In this document: positions 38,142-47,049 of the stretch, piece after piece
How positions within the stretch are numbered: position 1 is the first letter of the stretch
Layout of the letters: every line of letters starts with the position of its first letter
Assembly: GCA_964591175.1 (NCBI GenBank)
Contig: CAZQAF010000009.1
Span: forward strand, 7,619 to 71,618
Length of the DNA stretch: 64,000 bases
DNA from: an uncultured Desulfobacteraceae bacterium
GTDB lineage: Bacteria; Desulfobacterota; Desulfobacteria; Desulfobacterales; UBA11574
Reading direction: 5' to 3'
The notes under the pieces: generated by a model
Database searches by the model: none
The model's input: the letters and a program-made list of their open reading frames with translations, nothing else
What the model was told of the DNA's origin: nothing
Position numbers and translations under genes: made by a program

Positions 38142-38904
38142 TGAAATGAAAGCAGGGATTAAAAAATATCAAGAGGTCACCCCCGTCGCCACGGAAGATA
38201 CAGATTTTAAACGCCGGGAAGATCTTATCCTCAAATACGCGCCTCTTGTAAAGAAAATTGCCGAAAGAATGGCAATGAGACTTCCTCCTCAAATATCCAA
38301 GGAGGAACTCATCGGTCCCGGAATACTCGGATTGTTCGATGCAATTGAAAAGTTCGATTCGACAAAAGGAATTAAATTCAGGACATATGCGAATCTGAGG
38401 ATAAAAGGAGCCATTTTAGATGAATTAAGAAAAATGGATTGGATTTCAAGATCCGTTCGGAGAAATATCAATAGAATTGAAGACACGATAAGAACGCTTG
38501 AACTCAAACTCGACAGGGCGCCCAAAGATGACGAGATCGCTGATGAGATGGGGCTTGACATCGAATCCTATTACAAGATGATCAGCAGATCCTGCGGCGT
38601 CAATCTCTTGAGCCTCGATGAATTGATGCTCGACGGCTCAACACCCAAGATTTCCAAACAAGTTTCGGATGTTTCTTCTCCATTTGATGATCTAAAAATA
38701 AAGGAAATCAAAGGTGTTATATCCAAAGCGCTTTCAACACTTTCAAAAAAAGAACAACTGGTAATGTCCCTATATTATTATGAAGAGTTGACATTAAAAG
38801 AAATAGCGAATGTCTTGAGTCTGACGGAGTCGAGAATATCTCAAATCCATTCTAAAGCGATAATAAGACTGAGAGTTAAAATGAGAACTTATTATGAAGG
38901 CTGA
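38125..38904 (+). CDS. fliA: Flagellar sigma factor sigma28 FliA (ATG at 38146 is a possible start)
   Basis: RIKGAILDELRKMDW, YYYEELTLKEIANVLSLTESRISQIH. Confidence 0.97.
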   Translation: MVQRVNEMKAGIKKYQEVTPVATEDTDFKRREDLILKYAPLVKKIAERMAMRLPPQISKEELIGPGILGLFDAIEKFDSTKGIKFRTYANLRIKGAILDELRKMDWISRSVRRNINRIEDTIRTLELKLDRAPKDDEIADEMGLDIESYYKMISRSCGVNLLSLDELMLDGSTPKISKQVSDVSSPFDDLKIKEIKGVISKALSTLSKKEQLVMSLYYYEELTLKEIANVLSLTESRISQIHSKAIIRLRVKMRTYYEG

Positions 38905-38906
38905 AT

Positions 38907-39494
38907 ATGACTACGGTGCATAAGGAAAAAAATACCGGTCAACTTGCCGATGATGTTAACGAACCGAAAAATGATAAAAACAAGGTGTTTTCAAAAAAGA
39001 AAAGACAAGGCAGAACATCGTGGAAATATCGGTGGAAACGGAAACTTTTTCTTCTTTTTATTTGGGGAATTTTTATTTTTGCCGGGTTTTTATCGTATCC
39101 TTTGTTAAAAAATCTGCAAGTTAGTCCGGTGAACCCAACAAAGAGTCGGCAGGTAAGTTCGGTGATGCCCCGAGTGAAGCTTTTTCCAGTCCAAAGTGAC
39201 CGATCCGTCAATTTTGACTCTTTTATTATTCCTTTTGAAGAACATGGCAAGTTTACGTATATATCCTTAAGTATTTCTTTTGAATTGCCGAATAAAGATC
39301 TAAAGGATGAAATGTATAAAAAAAATACTCTAATCAGAGGTATTATTTATAGAATATTGAGTGAAAATATAAAGATATTGACCACTGTGTCATCGTTGGA
39401 AGAATTAAAGGAGCTTATTATCCACAGAGTTAATGGCGTGCTGGCAGCCGGTAAGGTTAGTGAAGTAATTATAACTGATTTTTCGATGGTATGA
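38907..39494 (+). CDS. Second FliL-like single-pass membrane protein
   Basis: Basic N-terminus, one TM, C-terminal IRGIIYRIL...EELKELII..VN..GKVSEVIITDF resembling FliL. Confidence 0.7.
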   Translation: MTTVHKEKNTGQLADDVNEPKNDKNKVFSKKKRQGRTSWKYRWKRKLFLLFIWGIFIFAGFLSYPLLKNLQVSPVNPTKSRQVSSVMPRVKLFPVQSDRSVNFDSFIIPFEEHGKFTYISLSISFELPNKDLKDEMYKKNTLIRGIIYRILSENIKILTTVSSLEELKELIIHRVNGVLAAGKVSEVIITDFSMV

Positions 39495-39575
39495 GCATAG
39501 AAAAATTCGTGTTCAGGGGATGTGAACTTTCGTTCCAACGGGGCGTACTCCTTGAACACGTACCAGGTAATAGTT

Positions 39576-39875
39576 ATGTCAACCACGAGCGATATGAATA
39601 TTATTCTCGGGCAAGGGAATGCCATTAAAGAGGTGCATAATGTAAAAAAGCAAAACCTTGAAATGAATCAGCAGTTTGTTGCACAGCAAACGGATGATTT
39701 AAAAAAAGAGGATAAATCAAAAGTACAAGAATTTGAAACAAACAACAGAATTGAGATTAAGAAAGACAAAGAAAGAAAAAAAGATCATAAAAAACGCAAA
39801 AAGAATAAGGATGCGGAAGAAGAGGAAGATACCTTAAATTTACCGGAAGGTAATGTGATCGATATCAGAGTCTGA
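39576..39875 (+). CDS. Small highly charged hypothetical protein
   Basis: ATG at 39576 after AGGT; Lys/Glu-rich; ends EGNVIDIRV. Confidence 0.65.
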   Translation: MSTTSDMNIILGQGNAIKEVHNVKKQNLEMNQQFVAQQTDDLKKEDKSKVQEFETNNRIEIKKDKERKKDHKKRKKNKDAEEEEDTLNLPEGNVIDIRV

Positions 39876-39877
39876 TT

Positions 39878-40372
39878 ATGAATTTATTGGCGTTAAAATA
39901 CCTGATCATTTTACAAATAGCTATTGATTTTGCAATTTTTGTCGTGTTTATTTTATTAATGATACGACTGAAATCTTTTAACAAGAATTCATCATTGAAT
40001 GAAAAGTTGGAACGATACGAATCTCTATTGACAGATGCGGCTGACATGTCCGAGAGATTCAATAAGATGTTGCAAGAAAAAAAAGATATTGTAATAAAAG
40101 TTAACGAACATCTTGACAACAGAATTAAAAGCCTGCATGCGATGTTGAACAGAACAGATGCATTGCTTTTTAATCACAGATCCGGCAATCAAGATGATTC
40201 CGGTGAGAATAGCCTCAGAAACCATAATAAAGAGATCATTAAATTGGCGCGAGAAGGATTTGATTCGGACTATATCGCCGACAGTCTTTTAATCTCCAAA
40301 GAAGAGGTGATGCTGGTATTGGATTTAAAGAAAAAGATTTCAAAGAAAGATCGTAAAGAGGATATTTCTTGA
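39878..40372 (+). CDS. Membrane-anchored coiled-coil protein with a DUF2802-like C-terminal helical domain
   Basis: N-terminal TM, coiled coil, C-terminal IIKLAREGFDSDYIADSLLISKEEVMLVL. Confidence 0.65.
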   Translation: MNLLALKYLIILQIAIDFAIFVVFILLMIRLKSFNKNSSLNEKLERYESLLTDAADMSERFNKMLQEKKDIVIKVNEHLDNRIKSLHAMLNRTDALLFNHRSGNQDDSGENSLRNHNKEIIKLAREGFDSDYIADSLLISKEEVMLVLDLKKKISKKDRKEDIS

Positions 40373-41451
40373 CGCAGATCAGCCATTCACCGATTCGAGC
40401 ATCACGGCTATCACTTCAATCCATCGACAAGGACACTTCTCGGCCACCTTTTGTCAAAGACGAAATTGTTAGAGGGCTGGTTTTAAAGTCAATTTCATCA
40501 AAAAGCGCCATGCTTATGATTAAGGGTAAGCGGGTAATAGCAAATACCCATGTACCTTTGAGTGAAGGCGGCGTCGTCACCTTAAAAGTTGAAAAAACCT
40601 ATCCAAACCCAATCCTTAAACTGATAAAAATGGAAAGTAAAGGTGTTCATACCATCAATACTTCCATGATACTCGATGGGGTAAAGAAGAATCTATGGAA
40701 AGCGATCATTGAAGATATGGATCAATTCCCCCTTTCAATTAAGGACAAAGAACTATTAAACGAGTTGGTAGTAAATCTATCGAAAAAATTATTTCCAAAC
40801 CCGACTCCGGATACGTTAATGGAATCAATAGATAAATCCGGGCTCGGGTGGGAAAGCAAAATAAGAGAATTGCTTGCCTCAAAAACACAACAACCGGTGG
40901 ATATCCAAAAGCTTTTAGCCGGTGATTTAAAAGGGTTGATATCAAAACTTATTATTTCTACAGAGGGAAAAAGTGAACATCTTAACAGATTGTTTTCCAT
41001 GATACAAAATGTTCAGCTCCTCAATCATTTCGGGTTCGAACAGGATGGAAAAATATTTATCCCTTTGCCGTTGCAATTCCCCGACGGATATTTTACCGTC
41101 GGTCAATTATTGATCCAGTCAGATCAGTATCGCGATGACCGGTCCGAGAAAAAAGAAAAAGAGGCCGCTTTCTTCAGAATAAGTTTTTTACTGGAGTTGT
41201 CCAATCTCGGACCGCTAAGAGCAGACCTTGCCGTTCAGGGTAGACAGATATCCGGCCGGTTTTTAACGGTTAAAGAAGAAACGAAATATATCCTCGAAAA
41301 AAATCTTCCGGATTTTATTGCCGCGTTCAACAGTAGAGGTTTTTCCATTTTTCACTTGGAATGCCATGTCAAAGAGCCCAAGCAGGTCAACGATACCCTT
41401 GTTAAAGAAATTATTCAAAAAGAATCATGTAGTATCAGCTTGGTTGCTTAA
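40369..41451 (+). CDS. FliK-like protein (second hook-length-control-type C domain)
   Basis: C-terminal FLLELSNLGPLRADL...NLPDFIAAFNSRGF; adjacent to flhX. Confidence 0.7.
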   Translation: MTQISHSPIRASRLSLQSIDKDTSRPPFVKDEIVRGLVLKSISSKSAMLMIKGKRVIANTHVPLSEGGVVTLKVEKTYPNPILKLIKMESKGVHTINTSMILDGVKKNLWKAIIEDMDQFPLSIKDKELLNELVVNLSKKLFPNPTPDTLMESIDKSGLGWESKIRELLASKTQQPVDIQKLLAGDLKGLISKLIISTEGKSEHLNRLFSMIQNVQLLNHFGFEQDGKIFIPLPLQFPDGYFTVGQLLIQSDQYRDDRSEKKEKEAAFFRISFLLELSNLGPLRADLAVQGRQISGRFLTVKEETKYILEKNLPDFIAAFNSRGFSIFHLECHVKEPKQVNDTLVKEIIQKESCSISLVA

Positions 41452-41736
41452 ATGAAAAAAAAGATGAAAAAAAACAGTGCGGTCGCATTAAAGTACCGGA
41501 CTGCAACGGATCGCGCGCCAAAAGTGACGGCACGTGGCATGGGGAAGATTGCTGAGAAAATCATCGAAATTGCGAAAGAACATCATATTTATATCCACGA
41601 GGATCCTGATCTGGTAGAGATTTTATCTACGCTTGACATCAATGAGGAAATCCCGCCGGATCTTTATGTTGTTGTTGCGGAGCTTCTGGCATTTGTGTAT
41701 TCCCTCAATAAGAATTTTTCAAACAAAAAAAGATAA
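41452..41736 (+). CDS. FlhB C-terminal-domain homologue (FlhX/YlqH type)
   Basis: AVALKY...APKVTARGMGKIAEKIIEIA...EEIPPDLYVVVAELLAFVY; no NPTH motif or TM region. Confidence 0.92.
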   Translation: MKKKMKKNSAVALKYRTATDRAPKVTARGMGKIAEKIIEIAKEHHIYIHEDPDLVEILSTLDINEEIPPDLYVVVAELLAFVYSLNKNFSNKKR

Positions 41737-41882
41737 GTAAACTGCAAAAGCATTTCAAAGCGGTAAAATATTCCAATCGGCATTTTTTTCCGCTTTTTCC
41801 CCCTTCATGAAAATATCCTGTCAATAGAATATAATTATAGCAAAAACAATATGTTAAATCTTGATTTGCTTCATATAAAATC

Positions 41883-41899
41883 TTGGCATTAATATTGCT
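41883..41899 (+). promoter_or_regulatory. sigma54 promoter of the flgF operon
   Basis: TTGGCATTAATATTGCT (GG-N10-GC). Confidence 0.8.
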
Positions 41900-41937
41900 A
41901 TTAAAAGTGGAAACAAAACACAGTACAGGAGAAAAAA

Positions 41938-42624
41938 ATGATTTCCGGTATCTATAATTTAATGGACGGCTCTTTGACTCAGGATATGAGATTCGAAACC
42001 ATTGCAAACAATATCGCAAACAGCAATACCAACGGATTTAAAAAAGATATTATCTCCTTTAATGAGACCCTCGACATGCAAAGCGTTTCTAAAACAGACT
42101 TTTCTCAAGGGCCGGTAAGATACACGGGAAATGAGCTTGACATTGCATTGGGCGCAGAAGGGTTTCTCAAGATCCAGACACCGAAGGGAATACGATATAC
42201 CAGAGACGGCGCATTATCCATCAATGCGGAAGGCTTTTTAGTAACCGGGAATGGAGATCAAGTCTTGGGGGAAAACGGGCCGATATCTGTTGAGGGCGGG
42301 ACAGTATCCATAGCGCAGGATGGTCAAGTTTCCGTGGATAATGCACCGGCGGATAAATTACTGGTCGTCAATTTTGATAAACCCGAACTTTTGAGAAAAG
42401 AGGGTGCATCATATTATTCCTACCAGGGCGACAATAAGGAAATATCGGCAAAAACCGATGCTGTGATTAAACAGCGATATTTAGAAGGCTCCAATGTGAA
42501 TCCAACACAGGAAATGATTGAAATGATTGAAACTTTCAGGGCGTTTGAATCGGTCGAAAAGGCAATTCAATCCATCGACGGATCTACCGGCAAAATAATT
42601 AATGATTATGGCCAAGTTCCGTAA
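41938..42624 (+). CDS. flgF: Basal-body rod protein FlgF
   Basis: IANNIANSNTNGFKK, YTRDG, LEGSNVNPTQEMIEMI; first of the flgF-flgG pair. Confidence 0.9.
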   Translation: MISGIYNLMDGSLTQDMRFETIANNIANSNTNGFKKDIISFNETLDMQSVSKTDFSQGPVRYTGNELDIALGAEGFLKIQTPKGIRYTRDGALSINAEGFLVTGNGDQVLGENGPISVEGGTVSIAQDGQVSVDNAPADKLLVVNFDKPELLRKEGASYYSYQGDNKEISAKTDAVIKQRYLEGSNVNPTQEMIEMIETFRAFESVEKAIQSIDGSTGKIINDYGQVP

Positions 42625-42638
42625 TAAAGGAGATCATC

Positions 42639-43421
42639 ATGTTAAGAGGATTATGGTCTGCGGCATCAGGTATGGCCGCTCAGAAATTGAACATTGATGT
42701 TATTGCCAATAACCTGGCAAATGTGAACACTGCGGGTTTTAAAAAGAGCCGAACGGATTTCCAGGACCTCATGTATCAGACAGTAAATGAAGCAGGATCT
42801 GAGACATCCACCGGAGAGCAGGTGCCTGTCGGCATACAGGTCGGCATGGGTACAATGCCTGTAGACGTTCACAAGGTATTCATTCAGGGGGATTTTCAAG
42901 AAACCAAAAACGAGTTGGATATGGCCATTGAAGGAAAAGGCTTTTTTAAAGTGCTCAGCGGTACGGACGAGCGTTATACCCGGGCCGGTAATTTTAAATT
43001 GGATTCAAATGGAAATATTGTTACCCCTAGTGGAGATAAATTACAGCCAGAAATGACGGTCCCGGCAGATACCGTTTCGATTAAGATCGATTCTGATGGA
43101 ACCGTCACGGCCTTCGATCCCCAAGGTTCAGGTTCAGCCCTCGGGACCATAGAAATGTATTCTTTCCCCAACCCCGCGGGTCTTTACAGTTGCGGTCATA
43201 ATTTATACCAGTCCACGGATGCTTCGGGAGATGCTGTTTCCGGCACAGCGGGTTCAGAAGGCATGGGGACCATTACTCAGGGATCTCTTGAAGTGTCCAA
43301 TGTGGATGTTGTCCAGGAAATGGTGGACATGATTATGGCTCAAAGAGCTTATGAGATCAACAGTAAAGCCATCAAAACAGCGGATGACATGATGTCTATC
43401 GTAAACAATATTTCGAGGTAA
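42639..43421 (+). CDS. flgG: Distal rod protein FlgG
   Basis: MLRGLWSAASGMAAQ, FQDLMYQT, QRAYEINSKAIKTADDM. Confidence 0.96.
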   Translation: MLRGLWSAASGMAAQKLNIDVIANNLANVNTAGFKKSRTDFQDLMYQTVNEAGSETSTGEQVPVGIQVGMGTMPVDVHKVFIQGDFQETKNELDMAIEGKGFFKVLSGTDERYTRAGNFKLDSNGNIVTPSGDKLQPEMTVPADTVSIKIDSDGTVTAFDPQGSGSALGTIEMYSFPNPAGLYSCGHNLYQSTDASGDAVSGTAGSEGMGTITQGSLEVSNVDVVQEMVDMIMAQRAYEINSKAIKTADDMMSIVNNISR

Positions 43422-43428
43422 TTCAAAG

Positions 43429-44184
43429 ATGGCCAAAAACGTAGCTGTCATATTTTGTCTGGTATTCATTCTGGGATATTTTGTGCCCTCATCGGGTGCG
43501 ATGACCGGTAGAAGCGATCGTCAGAACGTCGTCCGTCAGGGCTTTCAACAAATACCCAAAAGCAAATTCAGAGAAATCTTTCAGGCCTATTTCTGCCGTA
43601 ATTTAAATATTAAAAAATCAGATGTCATGATATCAAAAATGAACGTGATCGGCAATACCCCTGTTCCTTCCGGAAAAATCAGCTATCGGCTGTTTCAAAG
43701 GGGGCAAAGAAAATTTGAAGGGTATGTGAGCACAATTGCCGTTATTAAGGTCAATGGCATCGTGAGAAATAAGGTCAAAGTATCCGGCTGGGTCGATATA
43801 TTTAAATATGTCGTTTGCGCTTCCCGTGACCTTGAAAGAGGGGAGAAGATAAACGAAGAAGATCTTTATATGGTCAAACGTAATTTATCTCATTTGTCGT
43901 CAAAAATACTGACCGATAAGAAGGAGATCATTGGGTTGATTGCAAAGCATAACATCAAAGCCGATACTTGCCTAAAGGAATGGATGATTGAGAAAGCGCC
44001 TGTTGTAAACAAAGGGGACATCGTTACCATCATGGCGGAATCCGGCGATTTATTGGTGACTGTTCCCGGGAAAGTTTTGATGAAAGGTTTTTCAGGCGAG
44101 CTTGTAAAGGTTCAGAATTTGATGAGTAAAAAAGAGATTTATGCCAAGGTCGTGAACCATTCAACGGTGGCAGTTGCTTTTTAG
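43429..44184 (+). CDS. flgA: P-ring assembly chaperone FlgA
   Basis: Signal peptide; SAF-like VCASRDLERGEKI; VNKGDIVTI...VKVQNLMSKK. Confidence 0.92.
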   Translation: MAKNVAVIFCLVFILGYFVPSSGAMTGRSDRQNVVRQGFQQIPKSKFREIFQAYFCRNLNIKKSDVMISKMNVIGNTPVPSGKISYRLFQRGQRKFEGYVSTIAVIKVNGIVRNKVKVSGWVDIFKYVVCASRDLERGEKINEEDLYMVKRNLSHLSSKILTDKKEIIGLIAKHNIKADTCLKEWMIEKAPVVNKGDIVTIMAESGDLLVTVPGKVLMKGFSGELVKVQNLMSKKEIYAKVVNHSTVAVAF

Positions 44185-44200
44185 TAAATAGGAGAGAACC

Positions 44201-44917
44201 ATGGTCCAGAGCAGATACTTTATGTTGTGTATGGCGCTTATACTGATGGCCGGTTGTGCGGGTTTGCCGAAAAATGCTTCCAAAATGACCGGAACAACGA
44301 TGATGCGACAACCGAAATTTGAAACATATATGCCGCCGAAACCCGACGAAGGGTCATTGTGGTCGGAAGCGTCGGTCAGCAATCTGTTTAATGATATTAA
44401 GGCAAGAAAAATTGGGGATGTCATTACGGTGAGGATCGTAGAGGATCCGGAGGCCAAACTGGATGCCAATACCAAAACGAGTCGCGCTTCGAGCATCGGT
44501 GCGGCCAGACTCAAGTTTTTGGGCTACATGAAAGCGCTTGCCAACAAGAATCCCAATCTTGCGCAGAATCCTGGAACAGATGATTTGATCTCAGCCTCTT
44601 TGGCCTCGAAATTTGACGGTCAGGGTTCGAGCGACAGAGATGGACATGTCAAGGCATATATTTCAGCCGTCGTCGAAAAAGTCCTCTATAACGGCAACCT
44701 GTATATTCGCGGGAATAGGAAAATCAGGGTCAATAATGAAACACAATATATAACATTATCAGGAATTGTGAGACCCGAAGATATCAGCTCTTCCAATGAA
44801 GTCTCTTCTACGTATGTTGCTGATGCAAATATCTCATATTCCGGAATCGGTCCCTTGGCGGACAAACAACAACCTGGATGGCTGGGGAGGATATTGGATC
44901 ATGTATGGCCGTTTTAA
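44201..44917 (+). CDS. flgH: L-ring lipoprotein FlgH
   Basis: Lipobox LMAGC; LFNDIKARKIGDVITVRI; LSGIVRPEDI; QPGWLGRILD. Confidence 0.96.
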   Translation: MVQSRYFMLCMALILMAGCAGLPKNASKMTGTTMMRQPKFETYMPPKPDEGSLWSEASVSNLFNDIKARKIGDVITVRIVEDPEAKLDANTKTSRASSIGAARLKFLGYMKALANKNPNLAQNPGTDDLISASLASKFDGQGSSDRDGHVKAYISAVVEKVLYNGNLYIRGNRKIRVNNETQYITLSGIVRPEDISSSNEVSSTYVADANISYSGIGPLADKQQPGWLGRILDHVWPF

Positions 44918-46067
44918 GAATCTATTGATCATTGCGTTGGTTTTTGTTTTTATCGGGCCCCTGACAGGATATTCGGCCAGGCTGAAAGATATATCCACCA
45001 TCAAGGGGATTCGACAAAATCAGCTTTTAGGATATGGCCTGGTTGTCGGCCTCAACGGCAGCGGGGATAAAAGCAGCACGGGTTTTACCATTCAGGCCCT
45101 GGCGAACCTGCTGGAACATATCGGTGTTCACGTCAATCCGAATGATGTGAAGGTCAAAAATGTCGCGGCGGTCATGGTCAGCGCAAAACTGCCGCCTTTT
45201 GCCAGAATCGGCAAAAAAATCGATGTGACGCTGTCATCCATCGGTGATGCGAAAAGTCTCCAGGGGGGTACGCTGTTATTGACACCGTTAAAAGGGGTTG
45301 ACGGCAAGGTGTATGCACTTGCACAAGGTCCTATTTCCATCGGCGGTTACAGTGCCGGAGGTGCCGCAGGAGGAGGGGTCACGAAAAACCATCCTACCGT
45401 GGGAAGAATCAGCGGCGGCGCGAGTATCGAAAAAGAGTTGCCATTATCCATAATCAGCAAAAAGGAATTCACCATTATTTTGGATAATCCGGATTTTAAT
45501 ACCGCTGCCCGAGCCGCTAATGCAATCAATTCGAAAATTGGGCAGAACCTGGCGACGCCTATAGACTCCGGTACAGTGAAATTTAATGTCCCCGAAAGAT
45601 ATGACGGCAGTGTCGTTAATTTGATTGCCCGGATTGAAGACGTCGTAATAGAGCCGGATAGCGTAGCCAAAGTTATCGTCAATGAAAGAACCGGGACCGT
45701 CGTGGTCGGAGAAAACGTCAGGATCCAAAAAGTTGCCGTTGCTCACGGGAATTTGAGCATTCATATAAAAGAGAACAAAGAAGTGTCACAACCGCTTCCG
45801 TTTTCACCTTCCGGCGGAGGCGTTCTCCCGCAGCAAATGAAAGGGGGCACCATCGTCGCTCCGGGTGGAAGCACGGTGGTGACTCCCCAGAGCGACGTGT
45901 CTGTTGCTGAAGAAAACAGCCGTCTGCTTTTAATTCCAAAGGGCAGAACCATCGGCGAATTGGTGAATGCATTAAACGCCATCGGTGTCACGCCGAGGGA
46001 TCTCATAACGATATTACAGGCCATCAACGCAGCGGGTGCGCTCGAGGGTGAGCTTGAAATTATATAA
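44901..46067 (+). CDS. flgI: P-ring protein FlgI
   Basis: Start placed at the ATG at 44901; ARLKDI, NQLLGYGLVVGLNGSGD, DAKSLQGGTLL, INERTGTVV-like motif. Confidence 0.97.
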   Translation: MYGRFKNLLIIALVFVFIGPLTGYSARLKDISTIKGIRQNQLLGYGLVVGLNGSGDKSSTGFTIQALANLLEHIGVHVNPNDVKVKNVAAVMVSAKLPPFARIGKKIDVTLSSIGDAKSLQGGTLLLTPLKGVDGKVYALAQGPISIGGYSAGGAAGGGVTKNHPTVGRISGGASIEKELPLSIISKKEFTIILDNPDFNTAARAANAINSKIGQNLATPIDSGTVKFNVPERYDGSVVNLIARIEDVVIEPDSVAKVIVNERTGTVVVGENVRIQKVAVAHGNLSIHIKENKEVSQPLPFSPSGGGVLPQQMKGGTIVAPGGSTVVTPQSDVSVAEENSRLLLIPKGRTIGELVNALNAIGVTPRDLITILQAINAAGALEGELEII

Positions 46068-46083
46068 AGGAGAATTGTAAAAA

Positions 46084-46356
46084 GTGATACAAACGGTAAC
46101 AACCGCACCGACGGTAACCCATGAACAAACTAACGGTTCTCAGGAAAAACTCAAAAAAGCCTGTTCCGATTTTGAATCCATTTTTATCAATTACATGCTG
46201 AAATCGATGAGAACGGCTTTTTCAGAGGACGGTATTTTGGAAAACAATAATGAAAGCCAGATTGTTCAATCGATGTTTGATGAAAATCTTTCCGCTTCAA
46301 TGGCAAAAGGCACCGGAATGGGACTTGGCAAGATGCTTTTTAAAAGTTTTTCGTAA
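46084..46356 (+). CDS. flgJ: FlgJ, rod-binding domain only
   Basis: LKKACSDFESIFINYMLKSMR...MFDENLSASM..GMGLGKML; 90 aa with no muramidase domain. Confidence 0.9.
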   Translation: MIQTVTTAPTVTHEQTNGSQEKLKKACSDFESIFINYMLKSMRTAFSEDGILENNNESQIVQSMFDENLSASMAKGTGMGLGKMLFKSFS

Positions 46357-46384
46357 AAGGTTGAAAAAGCGATCTTTTTTCGAG

Positions 46385-46512
46385 AGTGTTTCGTATTTAG
46401 TGTTCAGTATCTGAAAGTCCAACAATTCGGTATTACAGCATATGTTTTAAGTTAAATACTAAACGCTAAACACTAAAAATTTGATGAACTCTATGTTTTA
46501 CGAATTCATCAA
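46385..46512. repeat. Heptamer palindrome plus a collapsed inverted-repeat remnant between flgJ and flgN
   Basis: AGTGTTT-like units at 46385-46412 versus AAACACT-like units at 46454-46474; TTGATGAA (46481) / TTCATCAA (46505-46512). Confidence 0.6.
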
Positions 46513-46514
46513 CT

Positions 46515-46541
46515 TTAGAAAATAAACCATACAGCCGATGG
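46515..46541 (+). promoter_or_regulatory. Candidate sigma28 promoter for flgN-flgK-flgL-csrA-fliW
   Basis: TTAG-N15-GCCGATGG. Confidence 0.5.
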
Positions 46542-46561
46542 TAAAAGAGGGGAGCTTTTTT

Positions 46562-47047
46562 ATGGACACGCTTGTCATGGATATGATTGAAAAGTTTTTT
46601 TACAAAAAAATCATGCTTTACAATGACCTTCTGCATTGTTTCGAAGCGGAAAGAAAAGCCTTAATCAATATAGAAATCAATGAATTATGGGAGTTGTCCA
46701 AAGAAAAAGATGAACTTTGTGAAAAGATAAAATCTATCCGAATGGCGATTATGGAGGCTGTCCAACCGTCAGATGATCAAAAATCGTTTCATCTGAATCG
46801 GATCATGGACGCCATTCCCAAAAAACAAAAGGATAAATTTGAAAAATTATATTTAAGGATTTTAAAAATAAAAGGCGAGATTGAGATCTTAAGGAAACAA
46901 AACATCCTATATATCGACGATTCTCTTAAATTCATGGATGAGATGATATCCATTTTAACCGGAGAAACCGAATCCGATTCTGTCTACAATGATAGATGCC
47001 ATTTTAAATCATCAGGCCCTCATCTATTCTTAAACAGGGAGGTGTGA
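46562..47047 (+). CDS. flgN: FlgN-like export chaperone
   Basis: Helical; ERKALINIEINELWELSKEKDEL; lies directly upstream of flgK; GAGGGGAG RBS. Confidence 0.75.
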   Translation: MDTLVMDMIEKFFYKKIMLYNDLLHCFEAERKALINIEINELWELSKEKDELCEKIKSIRMAIMEAVQPSDDQKSFHLNRIMDAIPKKQKDKFEKLYLRILKIKGEIEILRKQNILYIDDSLKFMDEMISILTGETESDSVYNDRCHFKSSGPHLFLNREV

Positions 47048-47049
47048 GC

